A stretch of 64,000 bases of DNA. Source: Leidyana gryllorum EB-2025a (lineage: Eukaryota; Protista; Apicomplexa). How positions within the stretch are numbered: the stretch's first letter is position 1; each line of letters starts with the position of its first letter. The notes under the pieces were generated by a model. The model was not told where the DNA came from, did no database searches, and was given only the letters and a program-made list of their open reading frames with translations. The stretch is from positions 124,001 to 188,000 of the forward strand of contig JBLWGC010000224.1 in NCBI GenBank assembly GCA_048772705.1, written 5' to 3'. Shown here in pieces: positions 36,563 through 47,408 of this stretch. The position numbers and the translations under genes were made by a program.

Positions 36563-37247
36563 CTATTGGTTATTTTCAGAGTTCTGTGGGGGTCTCCAAT
36601 AGATCTGAGCTGGTAGATTCCCCAAAGAACTGTCCCGCAGAGGCGCAGCCCATCGCCCAGTCATCCATGCGCCGCTGGCTCGCCCCACCAGATTCCCACC
36701 ATATGCCAGGAACGGCAGGGGGATAAACTGTCCCTTGACATCGTAGTGCCGGAATGAGTACCTGCAGATTAGAATAAAGCACACACGTTCGTGTTGCCCC
36801 CAAATACGGCGTGCTAGACCTACCAAGTCATCAATGGCGCAGCGATCGTTCCCAGAAGACCAGTTGCACGAGACACCATCTGCAAACGTGCGGGTGAGCA
36901 CTACGCGGCGGGTAGGCAACCTACCAAACGGTGAACGTGCGTTTGTCTGGTCCGGACAATGTCCAGAAGACGTTCTTGCTCCACACCATGGGCCGCAGCT
37001 CCTTCATAGCTCCGCTCCAAAATGTCGCGCAGCTCCTTGCGACCGTTTTTGACATAGTTACGACGCCATAGGGGAAATACAGCTGGTGGGCGAGGTCACA
37101 GATCACTCATTCAGGTCTAGTCGACTTACTGGCCAATCCTATCTTTTCGGCCACGGTGAGCTTCCGCTTGCCAGTGGTGAGCTTGTGCTCAACGATGGTC
37201 ACGTCCGAGGGCACGATGATAGCTCCACTTCCGCTCTTCCACCCCAT
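36563..37247 (-). CDS. Hypothetical membrane-associated protein (~175 aa), four exons, missed by ORF track
   Basis: Three GT-AG introns give a continuous frame: MGWKSGSGAIIVPSD...KIGLA|TVFPLWRRNY...HRL|MVSRATGLLG..LMTW|YSFRHYD...IPLPFLAYGG...NNQ*. Confidence 0.65.
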
Positions 37248-37259
37248 ACTTGAAATCGT

Positions 37260-38282
37260 TCAAATTTTGCTAGTTGGTGAATCGGGAAAGTGCTTGATTA
37301 AGTGAGTGACCTCCTTTCTCCAATCAGTGGGCGGTCTGTGATGTCTGTGCTGGTCACAATTGCGGTCACAACGAGATGCTGAAGCCAGGGCGGGGAACCG
37401 GAAGCGGAGTGCTTCGTCTACATGGCCTCGGAACTGATTATCTGGGTCTGGATTAAGTGCTGCGACTCTGTTGGGTGGTGGTGGAGGCTCTAGGGGGTTT
37501 GTGGTTTTGTCCTGGCATCGCTGTTGTGCAGCTTTCATGCGTTTTCTATGCTTCTCTTGTCGGTGCTGTCGGATAATGTCGTCTATGTCCGGTGGTGGAT
37601 CTCTTGCTGTGATTTTGGGCGGTTTGGAGTAAAATAGCTCCTGGCCGGGGTCTGGACATCGGACGAGTACTGACTTGGTATCCTGGTCCCACATGAGCAA
37701 GGGATTGGTCGAAGGGTGGTCGGTGATGAGGAGTTGCAGCCAAGCTGGGAGTGAGGCTTTGCGTGGATACAGTTTGGCTACGTCGACCCAGGACTTGACG
37801 GTGAGGAGGAAGACTTCCTTTTCCAGTACGCCACGACAACTACAGTAGTCTGTGAGGGCTTCGAGAACATTGAGCAGCATTTGAGGTAGGGACATTGTCT
37901 GACATTCGGAGTCTTTGTCTGGGCGGCGTGCCAGACGGCTGATACGAGTACAGGCTTCGTCATAGTCTATATATCCGCGGTTTTTGATGTCGAGCCACCT
38001 GTACAGATGGACAATTCTAATCCACTTTCTACGCTCGATTTCCAGGAGACGTTTCTGCTTGGCGTCCAGTCTGAGGTCAGTGAGTAATGACAATGCAGAG
38101 TCGAGGTCTGCGAGGCCCTCTGCGCCCTTTGAGAGTGTTCGTTCGGGTGTAGCGTAGGTAGGATCACATGGGTGTGGGTCAAAGTTTGGGCGTGCTGGGG
38201 CTAATGGGGGTGTGGGCAGACATCGTTCTGGTGCTTCGCCATTGTAGATGGACGGTTTTGGTTTCGGAAGGCCTATGTCCAT
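37260..38282 (-). CDS. Hypothetical protein with EF-hand-like motif
   Basis: Long intronless ORF; IVHLYRWLDIKNRGYIDYDE resembles an EF-hand loop. Confidence 0.6.
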   Translation of the reverse strand: MDIGLPKPKPSIYNGEAPERCLPTPPLAPARPNFDPHPCDPTYATPERTLSKGAEGLADLDSALSLLTDLRLDAKQKRLLEIERRKWIRIVHLYRWLDIKNRGYIDYDEACTRISRLARRPDKDSECQTMSLPQMLLNVLEALTDYCSCRGVLEKEVFLLTVKSWVDVAKLYPRKASLPAWLQLLITDHPSTNPLLMWDQDTKSVLVRCPDPGQELFYSKPPKITARDPPPDIDDIIRQHRQEKHRKRMKAAQQRCQDKTTNPLEPPPPPNRVAALNPDPDNQFRGHVDEALRFRFPALASASRCDRNCDQHRHHRPPTDWRKEVTHLIKHFPDSPTSKI

Positions 38283-38346
38283 GAGGACAGCCGCCAGCAC
38301 CTTTGGATGAAGGTGCTGCACCAGACTTTATTGTTTTGTAAGGTGT

Positions 38347-39719
38347 ATGTTGACCCCGCATGGAGATGAGGAAACGGCAAGATTGCGGCGACGTCGAGGT
38401 GACGTTGCGAGTTTTAAGCTGTTGGCTGGGCTGGATGAGACTAAACTGGCCATTAGCAAGAAGGAAGTCGAGCGTTTCGGGTTGCGGAAAGTACGACGAC
38501 GAGTGTATCGGTTTCGTCAACAGGAGTTCAGCCACTTTATGCGGCTGAGCAGTAGTTTCCGACGGTATAATGGAGTGAAGCTTCTGGCTACATATGGTCT
38601 GATACTGTTGTTGTTGGGTATAATGGTGATCAGCTTCACTGACACCTTTATTCTAACAGTGCCATATGGCGACAAAACTGAGACGGTTGATTTCCAAGTG
38701 ACACGGGACGTAGACGGGCCCTTCTTTGTGTACGCATACATAGAGAACTTCCGAGTAAACCATCGACGGTGGATGGAGTCTCGACCTCACTATTACGGTG
38801 ATGACGCCTGCGGCGTTTATGACTCTGTGGATGCCGCTCTATATTTGCGGCCTGCCGATTCCATTCCAGAATTAGTCAACTTCGTGAGATCCATTCACCA
38901 AACTTATTCTACGTTCAATCAGCCCTCTCTCTGCTGCAGTCACGGACGGATCCCCTTATTCCATGTGGTCTGACATCTCTGACGTACTTCAATGACGCCG
39001 TTACTCTGAATGAGCTGGAGATCTGTACAGGCTATCCGGTTGTCCCAGGGGCGCAACCGACCTGCGTGGGACGCTCTCTGACCATCAGCGAAACGCAGAA
39101 CGCTCCCAAAGAGCTCTTTAGCATTTACGCAAAGCAACCCCGAGCACACCTCCGCCCCTATCAATGGCTTAATCCGCTATCGGTTACTCGATTTCAAGGC
39201 TGGCAGTACTCTTCGTTCGCCAGTACCTTCCCCCTTCTCCTCGGGCGGTTGCGCGATTACACCCTCCCAAGAGGCTATCTGCGATTGAACATAACACAGA
39301 ATCGTGAGTCGAGTTCGCGTGTGTCTTTCTGTCTGTTGGACACATATTTATCACAATTACCCCCGACAGTGTGGCCCAGTGACGCATACGACTCGCGCAA
39401 GTCGATAGCCATAATGAGCATCGGATGGATGGGCTCGTCTCAAACGTTTCTGGGATTGGTGGCCATCAATTGGGGCATAGCTATGATGGTAGTATCTTTG
39501 GTATTCCTGTGGGGAGTTCGCCGAAACACCGTCTTCGCCTCGTCGAGTCGTAAGTCTGACTTTCCTCACCTTTTCGGCTCATCAGTCTTTCCCGGAGCAC
39601 AGTGGTGGGTCTCTCCCCAGAGGAGCTGCGGGAACAATGGATATCACACACACGAGAATGGCTGGCTCGGCAGTCACACCATCACAATGTTCTCATTCCG
39701 CTCGGCCCCCCAGGCATAG
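38347..39719 (+). CDS. CDC50: CDC50/LEM3 family P4-ATPase (flippase) beta subunit, divergent, spliced
   Basis: FRQQE N-terminal motif, TM1, GPFFVYAYIENFRVNHRRWMES, PCGL..L.YFND, RFQGW, KSIAIMSIGWMG..QTFLG followed by TM2. Confidence 0.85.
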
Positions 39720-39889
39720 GGCCGACGCCAGGAACTGTGCCGAGTGTGGGACACCGATAGAGGGGGAAAGGGAGGCAGGCGACAGGGATAGGTGCGTGCA
39801 GGTGCAGTCCCCAGCCCCCTAATACACAGTAGACAGCCCCTCCAATAACTAACTTTTCAAGTCGGGAATGAGCATTTGACGCTGGCCTG

Positions 39890-40357
39890 ATGGCATCGCC
39901 ACTCGTGGTATTACCAGCAACTTTGACGGTGGATTGCTCGGTTGGCGAACGTGGTGGAGAGGCCCGAGTAGAGTTGTTGAACGATACATTCACGGATCAA
40001 ATCGCTTACATTGTCAAGACAACTGATCACACATTTTCCATTCAATCTCCGAAAGGTCTGTTGTTACCAATGGGAAGTGCGCAAGTTCAGGTTCAGTACA
40101 CAGCATCAGAGCCTACGGTCACTGAATCGGCTGCGCTAACAATAATCTTCACCAATCAGTCAAGGTCCTATTGTAAACAAGTCATTGTTCCCATACGAAT
40201 GCAGTGGCACGAGAGACAGCAGAAGCGCTCTCCAAGTGCGAAATCACCAAAGGCCCGATATCTTGGCTCCCACAGAGTTGAGCAAGAGAAGCTGGCGTTG
40301 ATCACATGGGCGACTCCCGCCCTCTCGCGATCTCAGATCAGGGGGGACTCCTCCTGA
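39890..40357 (+). CDS. MSP (major sperm protein/VAP-type) domain protein, no TM anchor
   Basis: LVVLPATLTV...VELLN...IAYIVKTT..FSIQSPKGLLLPMGSAQVQVQY follows the MSP consensus. Confidence 0.72.
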   Translation: MASPLVVLPATLTVDCSVGERGGEARVELLNDTFTDQIAYIVKTTDHTFSIQSPKGLLLPMGSAQVQVQYTASEPTVTESAALTIIFTNQSRSYCKQVIVPIRMQWHERQQKRSPSAKSPKARYLGSHRVEQEKLALITWATPALSRSQIRGDSS

Positions 40358-42262
40358 ATGGAGAGGGTCAGAACAAGAGGAAAGAGCGAACGAGAAAGAC
40401 AGAGACCCCCCTTTAATGCTGGAAACCCAATTCAAGACAACAGCCTCACCCCATCAACACGATATCACCAATGGAACCATCCTGCCTGCCGGACCTCCTC
40501 GACCACTGATCACAATATAATGTCCTCGGCTGGGTTCGCTCTATTGACGTGCTGCTGATGCGAGTGACAACATCAGTTATTACGCCTGAATGACCACCCA
40601 CGTCCACCCCCCCCATAAGCTGAATGCCCGGCTGGCTTTTATGTCCTGACTGATCACAGAGACACAGGTTTGCACAAGTGCGAGGCTCTGAAGAATGGTC
40701 CCAGGGCTGACAAACATCGATATAGAGTCTTCGGTAGCACCCTGGGAAGGCGCTAATGAATATACAACCTAACGAGTGCTTCGCACACACCGGCAGCGCG
40801 GACACGCGCGAGTGAGTGAACGACGCACGGGCCGACTGGCGCAAGGTCGGTGCTGTTATCGTTCCGCTGGCCGACCGAAAACCTCCGTCATTAGGAAGAA
40901 GATGTGTTTTACTATCCCATTTACCTATGTCTCTCGCACTCGAGCGAAGCCTCTCCACTGTGGGTGGATGACAGCAGCGCTGCTCTGACTGCACCCTGCT
41001 TGGTCGGTGCGTTCGAAGTCTTATAAGTCCGATCTTCACTTCCATACGGACGACTGCGACTGATTATCTTTGCTCTTTCTCTGTGTCTCGCTCTCTGGGA
41101 ACACTTATCTCAAATGTGGACTGTTGCCCCCCAGCTGGGCAGCAGGACTCCGCTAGGTGGCTTCTGACTAACAGCTCATTCTCCGTCCTTCCGCTTCCGG
41201 GTGGGGGGTGCTACGACTGTGATTGACGGCTTCTCTGAGACTCAGTCAGTCAGTCACTCCGTTCACTCTCATCAGTCACTCTCTGACTTTGCTGCTGCAT
41301 ATCATTAGTACGGGTTCACTTTTAGTTTCGCAAGGTTTGGTTTCATGCCATGAATGTTTGCACAGTGTCGTCCTCCATTAGAGTACGTCGGACGTATATG
41401 TTTGGTGTGATGGGGTGTGTGGTAATTCAAGAAAGTGGCAGTGACTGGTTTAGAACGCACTGCTTGTGATTGACCGGAAGTCATTCTGCTGGGCCTCGTC
41501 TCACGATTTTCAAGTCCCTGAGTGAGTCAAAAGTTATCACCCACAGACACTCCCCCCCTTAGATTTCTCCCAACTGACACTGATTGAAGAGAGATCAAGT
41601 CGCTTCCCTTTTCCATTCCACCACCACTTCAATTTACAGCGAGTCTTTTGGCCATGTTCTGCGTACGGTGGTATTTCCTCTCTCTCTCCCTCTCCATACT
41701 GCAAACAACTGCGTCGTTCTTTCCTGTGACTGCTTAGGCATTGAATCCTCCTTTGTGGGCGGGCCACTGGTGACATTGTGTGATTACATTGACTGTGAGT
41801 ATGTGAGCTCCCGGCGGTGAAACTTGTTCTTGTTTGTGTTCTTGTTGGTGTTGACGTTAAGGTGACATATATCTATATTGTGGGCTGCTGTGTGCTTTGT
41901 TGAATGGACATTGCTGTGTGGATTAGCCGTAAACGCTGAGCTGAGGTGAGAAAATACGGTTCAGCGGTGTTATAATCTGGTGGTGGGTTAGAGACTTGTA
42001 AACCTAAAGAGCGCGTCACAGGCGGGTGTGTATCTATCCTTATCCCATCCTTCTTTTTCGCTTGGGAATCAATCGTCCTGCTATTTAGCGTGTTGATTCC
42101 ACCTGTGTGTTGGCGGTCAGTGTGAGGGGAGAAGCTGCTCCACATCAATATTAGTGTTTACGGCGGTTTCGTGTGGTAGGTATCTGACGGTGTGAGTGAT
42201 GTGTTGCAGACGTACATTGTGTCCTTTTCTGCTTATTGACTGAATACTGCGGGTGGGCGAGG

Positions 42263-43210
42263 ATGGTGTTAGAAAGTGTTCCGAGTCACGTCGTGGAGTT
42301 CGAAGTTGTTGATGCCACGGAGGAGACCCATGTCGAGCTGATCTTGTCCAACAACAAGTGTGAGGGGAGACCGATTGGGTGGGCCTTCAAGTTGGACGAG
42401 GCTTGTCCACTGACCACCAGTGTGGAGGACGGGTTCTTAGCGGCGAATAGCGCTGTTCATGTGTGTGTAACTCTTCCGCCATTATCGGTTGAAGAAGGCC
42501 GATTACCTGCAGTACGGGAGGGTCTGGTCATTCGATGGATTGATCTCCCTTGTGAATCGGTTGAGCTCAATGCGGCTAAAGCTGCCTTACTCCGGAGTTC
42601 GTCGGTGGCAGTTCATCGACTTCGTCTGGATGTGAGTATCCGATGGCGCAAAGCGGCGTTTTCGATGGAGAAGAAATCCAAAGCGTCGACTCCCGCAAGT
42701 CTTATCCCCCCTACTTTCCTCCCTTTTGATGGCTTTTCGGTCGCTGGTCAGAGCGGCTCGGTGTTTCTGCATTCTGCGAGTACTTTCGACTGTCCTGCTG
42801 CCGATTCAAGAGACTTCATGGACCAATTGGCCAATTTACATTACTATGGTGCTAAGCAAGTGGAAATTGTCACCGACCTGAATACTCGATTGGATCGATT
42901 TAGATCACGCAACGGTCTGGAGACGGCTGTGTTTTGGCTGTGCTCAGCCGCCTTCTGCTCAACGGCCTATTGGGTAGCGACGCGGAGCTTTGTCATGTTA
43001 GTGATCGGAGTGATATGGTCAACGTCTCTTCTGGGGACACACCTACGCTCGCATGCTGCTGTGCGACTTGTACACCTTGTGCTTTCGTGTCTGATACTGC
43101 GGGTCTGTCGACCCCCGTGGGGTGTGCTGTTGGGACTGTTGCTGGCTGCCGGTACATACTTACCCATGCTGCAATCTCTTGCCCTGCGGTCACTAAAAGA
43201 ACAACCCTAG
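42263..43210 (+). CDS. Divergent VAP-like protein: MSP domain + short coil + multi-TM C-terminus
   Basis: LESVPSHVVEF...LILSN...IGWAFK...GFLAANSAVHVCVTL (MSP-like); DSRDFMDQLANLHYYG resembles the VAP coil; about four hydrophobic helices. Confidence 0.62.
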   Translation: MVLESVPSHVVEFEVVDATEETHVELILSNNKCEGRPIGWAFKLDEACPLTTSVEDGFLAANSAVHVCVTLPPLSVEEGRLPAVREGLVIRWIDLPCESVELNAAKAALLRSSSVAVHRLRLDVSIRWRKAAFSMEKKSKASTPASLIPPTFLPFDGFSVAGQSGSVFLHSASTFDCPAADSRDFMDQLANLHYYGAKQVEIVTDLNTRLDRFRSRNGLETAVFWLCSAAFCSTAYWVATRSFVMLVIGVIWSTSLLGTHLRSHAAVRLVHLVLSCLILRVCRPPWGVLLGLLLAAGTYLPMLQSLALRSLKEQP

Positions 43211-43277
43211 CCTGCCTGTGTGTTATTTTTCTTCCGAATACTTAGAGAGAGCGCGCACACCCACCCCATCCTTGTCG

Positions 43278-44180
43278 ATGTCGACCGGTGCCACATACAC
43301 GAGTCTGGTGTCTGTGACGGTTGAGTCAATTTCACACCGTCCCACCTCGTACGGATTCTGTCATGAAGTGGATATCACCATGCAGAATCTGCTGAACAAC
43401 TTTAGCATTGGATGGATCTGGAGAGAGAAGGGGAGCGACGGAGCAAACAAGCCTCCTTATGGAGTCCTCCAGCCCCGGGAAAAGCGAGAGCTGAAACTGC
43501 TCTTCGAGGACACTATATCGCAGGAGGGCCAATATGCGGGACCTCGATCTCTGATCCTCCGAACTATGGTCATGGTGGAACCCTCCCGAAGTCTGCCTCA
43601 AGAGGAACAGTGGCCTCAGTACATCAGCGAGGTCATCGCGGCCGATCTCTACCCAGTATTCAAAGCGCCCCATGTCATGTACCGCAGTCTGCAACAAACG
43701 CGAGATGGCCTCTCTCTGGACGCACGCCAGGTGCTTCTCGACGATTTTTTGCTCTCTTCGACACGTGCCAATGTCGCTACCAAACAACGTATGGAGTTTG
43801 AGCGGGAAATTCCGAGCTGGGAGCAATCCAGGAGCCGACCACCACACTCGTCACCCACAATCTCCCCGTCCATGTCGCTCTGGACACAAATTATCATCGA
43901 TCTACTTACTGTTATCTTCGCTCCCATGATAGCCATATATCACATTGTTCAAAGGGTGACGATGAGCAATACCCGCTCGCTCCCACCTGCCTTCCCGCAG
44001 CCCACTATCCCCGTGTTCTCTTCTACTCCAACGTCGCGCGCAGGAGGCTCTCGGCGGGTCCCCAACATTGTATCCGAGGATAACGGATCTACAGCCTGCT
44101 GCACACCAGCGGCCATGGAAGCCGAACCTCCGGGCCGCAAGACGGAACGGCAAAGCTCTTCGTCGACCCGCTGTGTATAG
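43278..44180 (+). CDS. Divergent VAP-like protein: MSP-like domain + coil + TM + polar tail
   Basis: ITMQN...IGWIWR...KPPYGVLQPREKRELKLLF (MSP-like); SLWTQIIIDLLTVIFAPMIAIYHIV TM. Confidence 0.58.
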   Translation: MSTGATYTSLVSVTVESISHRPTSYGFCHEVDITMQNLLNNFSIGWIWREKGSDGANKPPYGVLQPREKRELKLLFEDTISQEGQYAGPRSLILRTMVMVEPSRSLPQEEQWPQYISEVIAADLYPVFKAPHVMYRSLQQTRDGLSLDARQVLLDDFLLSSTRANVATKQRMEFEREIPSWEQSRSRPPHSSPTISPSMSLWTQIIIDLLTVIFAPMIAIYHIVQRVTMSNTRSLPPAFPQPTIPVFSSTPTSRAGGSRRVPNIVSEDNGSTACCTPAAMEAEPPGRKTERQSSSSTRCV

Positions 44181-45646
44181 ACTGACACAAAGAGAGACAG
44201 ATACACGCAGACAGACGCTTAGTGGACTCGGGATTTGGGCTGCATTGCAGCTGCCAAGTACTGGAATCTCAATAGCACTGGTCTGTCTCATCGTCTCCCT
44301 GTCCTGCCGAACAATCACTCCCACCTCCCGACCCTCCTGCTCTCACCGTCAGTGTTGCTATTTGCGACGTGACTGTTCCTCCGCCGCCGTAGGAATATTT
44401 GAGCATTGAGACGCTAGCCCCACCACCCCTTATACAGTTTTTGACAACTTATGCACTCACGGAAGTTGGTCTGCTGACCTATTGCCCGATTGTTATCAAG
44501 TACATTGACCTATGCACAACAGACTTATACATCAATTCAAACTATCTTCCACATGTGCGAAGAAGCTAGGTGGATTCTCAGATCAAAGCAAATCCTCTTT
44601 GCCGGCTCGGGTACAAACCGTCAACGTACACAAACGATTCGCCTTCTAACCAAGCCTGACATACCTTCATGACATGCTAGACACCTGACGACATACAAAC
44701 CAATAGTTGACTACATACAACGACACTGACTGAAGTGCGAAGAACTGCGATCCGTCACATGAAAGACCCCGAACCTTTGACTCTCGCTTCGGTGATGCAC
44801 ATGGATTAATTTAAGCATCCGACAAACGTGCGATCGAGTTCAAAAGTGGCGTCTATGTGTATTTGAGTGTAACTATCAGTTCGCGTATGCTACAATTGTA
44901 GCAGAGGTGTGCGGGTGTGTCTGTGCGTGTGTTCCTGTGTGTGTATTCCTGTGTGTGTGTTCGCGCACGTCTAATCTGATCTTCTGTCCGTCTTGGCTCG
45001 AGGCGGAGCTGTTGAAGTGCGATTCTATCCATTTTCCCGCGACTGGTGTGCTCGTCGGTGACTGGGAGTTGCCGCACACACTGCGCGCGCGAGATAGGTT
45101 GTCTGTACCCCTGTATCGGGCGGGGGACGGGCAAAACAACACAACATCATACCTGTTCTGCGGACGAGACACAACGCCAGCACGGAAGCCGCCTCCTGAA
45201 GACACAAGACTCGAATTTGGAGGCTTACCCGGCTGTGTGTCCTCAATCGTGATCATAGATCGGTCGAGTTTATGGCTGTAGCATTCGATGGTGTGACAAA
45301 TTTAGGGACGCAATTGTCTGTGTCCATCCTGGTCGGTTGTTGTGATCGGTGCGCAGCGGAGCAGGAGGAGTTACTGTGGACAGCTCGCATTGTGAGGTGT
45401 AGCATTGATTTGGGCGTAGCTCGTCGCTTCGGTGAAAAGTTTACTTTAGCTCTACCAGCTGATGATCCTTTCCCCCGTTACTTCCGTCGTGCGTAGAGTC
45501 ACTTTTGCTCATACTGCATTCTGTTACGTTGTACGGCTGTCATCTCCGGATCAGTCCTTTTCCTGCCTTCGCTGTTAACAAACATTTTCATACGAACACC
45601 CCGGTTCGACAGCAGCGTGCCTCACTTGTTTCATCGTAAGCAGACA

Positions 45647-46990
45647 ATGGATGACCCCACCCCGGCTATGACTCAGCTCTCGGCCTCTCAGTGTTGGATG
45701 TCCACACTACCATCAATGAACTTGATGATTGGGTGGATCACCATTATCAACACCAGCTACGATGCGGTGATGTATGAGGTGGACCACAAGACCAGTCGCC
45801 CGTCCCATGGACCTGTGACTTCTGTTTACGCTGTCGAGCCTTCAGGCAGAATTCTCCCCCGTTCTAAGGGCCTTTTGGTCTTCTTCCAGGTAGTCAGCGA
45901 CTTGGTAGCTCACCCGAAGCCTCTGAAGATCAAAATTACGCACTTGGAGGGGCATTCAGAAGATCACGAGCTCCCTTTTCAAGTCCGTGATAAGCCTTCG
46001 TTCGCGAACTATCAGGAGACGTTACGCTCTTTTGAGGTACCTAAGTTCACCAATATGATTGCTTGTGGCAACTTGGAGCCTTGGCAACGCGATGGACTCA
46101 CTCTGATCTTGGAGACACTTGCAGAGGCACATATCAGTGTGTGCCAAGGGGAGAACTTTCCTCAGCTAAAGTGGACCCTTATCCCCAAACGGAACGATGA
46201 AGCTGCTCAAGCTGCGAAGCGGGTGAAATGTCCGAGTCGCTCGGCAATTCCGGTGGAGGCCACAGTCCAGTGGACATGGGATAGCTATTCTGGGGGGCCT
46301 TGGTATGGCTACATCACTCTCAAGAGCACCGATTCAGAGGCACCTCAGTTCGTTTACCGTCTCAGAGAACAGGCTGATAGTGCGGTGACATTTTGTCTGA
46401 CGGAGGATAGACACGGGACGCTGGGACCGAGCGAGGCGAAATATCTATCGATTCGAACTGCACATTGTCCGACTTCAGCTGTGCCGAGGCACCTCAATCC
46501 CTCTCGAGTCGTTGTGGACATTTTTGTTCCTGCAATATGGGATACTCCCAGTGGAGGCACGGGGAAGTATTCTCCAATACCGTTCACTGTGGCCGTTGGA
46601 AAGATCGATCACCCGACTCCTGAAGACATTCAGGCCGAACACGCTGCCTTGACGGGTGTCGTGAACCTGTTGGCGGTGATTGGGGAACGGAAGACAGCCA
46701 GTCCCACGACTGGCCTCACAGTGAAGAGATTGATAGAAGGAACTGGGCGCCGGGTCCTTCGAAACCTTCAGGACGTTCTCCATCGCACTTTCAGACCACA
46801 ACGCGTTCCTCTCACTCAGCACGATATCGAAACGATCTATTGGGCCTCCAAGCTCACCAAACCGAACTATGTGCGGGAAGGATTGCAGGCACACAGGAAA
46901 CGAGCACGAGTCGAAGCCGGTCTCCCAATGACGAGTGGGCAAGTCCGTACACGAGCTCGACCACAGGGGCAGTTTGCATGGCGAACATAG
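45647..46990 (+). CDS. Protein with two divergent MSP-like domains, no TM
   Basis: Repeat 1 GWITIINTS..VMYEV..KTS...YAVEPSGRILP; repeat 2 GYITLKS...FVYRLR...HGTLGPSEAKYLSI. Confidence 0.55.
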   Translation: MDDPTPAMTQLSASQCWMSTLPSMNLMIGWITIINTSYDAVMYEVDHKTSRPSHGPVTSVYAVEPSGRILPRSKGLLVFFQVVSDLVAHPKPLKIKITHLEGHSEDHELPFQVRDKPSFANYQETLRSFEVPKFTNMIACGNLEPWQRDGLTLILETLAEAHISVCQGENFPQLKWTLIPKRNDEAAQAAKRVKCPSRSAIPVEATVQWTWDSYSGGPWYGYITLKSTDSEAPQFVYRLREQADSAVTFCLTEDRHGTLGPSEAKYLSIRTAHCPTSAVPRHLNPSRVVVDIFVPAIWDTPSGGTGKYSPIPFTVAVGKIDHPTPEDIQAEHAALTGVVNLLAVIGERKTASPTTGLTVKRLIEGTGRRVLRNLQDVLHRTFRPQRVPLTQHDIETIYWASKLTKPNYVREGLQAHRKRARVEAGLPMTSGQVRTRARPQGQFAWRT

Positions 46991-47408
46991 CTGCAGCAAG
47001 CGGATCGCAGGACCCTTACGCCCCGATCAGACAACATTATCGCCAACTTTTCGATTGCACAGTTAAGCCCACCAAACCCAATGTATCTTGACTCTGCACA
47101 CACATATAGCACGACTTGGGGGATGGGTCTCTATCTCTCATATTGGGAAAGACCTGTTTGTATACACACACTTTCCTGATTTGGACTCACTCTTCGTGGG
47201 GAAGGCGGCCCAAGAAGCCAAATTTGAGTAGCGTAATCTGTACATAAAACAAGGCCGAGATGTCGGTACCCAGATGACGTCTCTGTCATCATCTTCCCGT
47301 GTCTCCGCCACCAATTCACACTTTGTCTATCTATAACTCAGTCAGTCCGGCCACCACCTGCGTCATTTTCGACTTGAATAGGGTGCGAGGCACCGCTGTC
47401 CCTTTCAG

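Noticed and set aside
40446-41045. 199-aa minus-strand ORF in an island spacer
   Set aside because: No recognisable motifs or compositional support; left uncalled.
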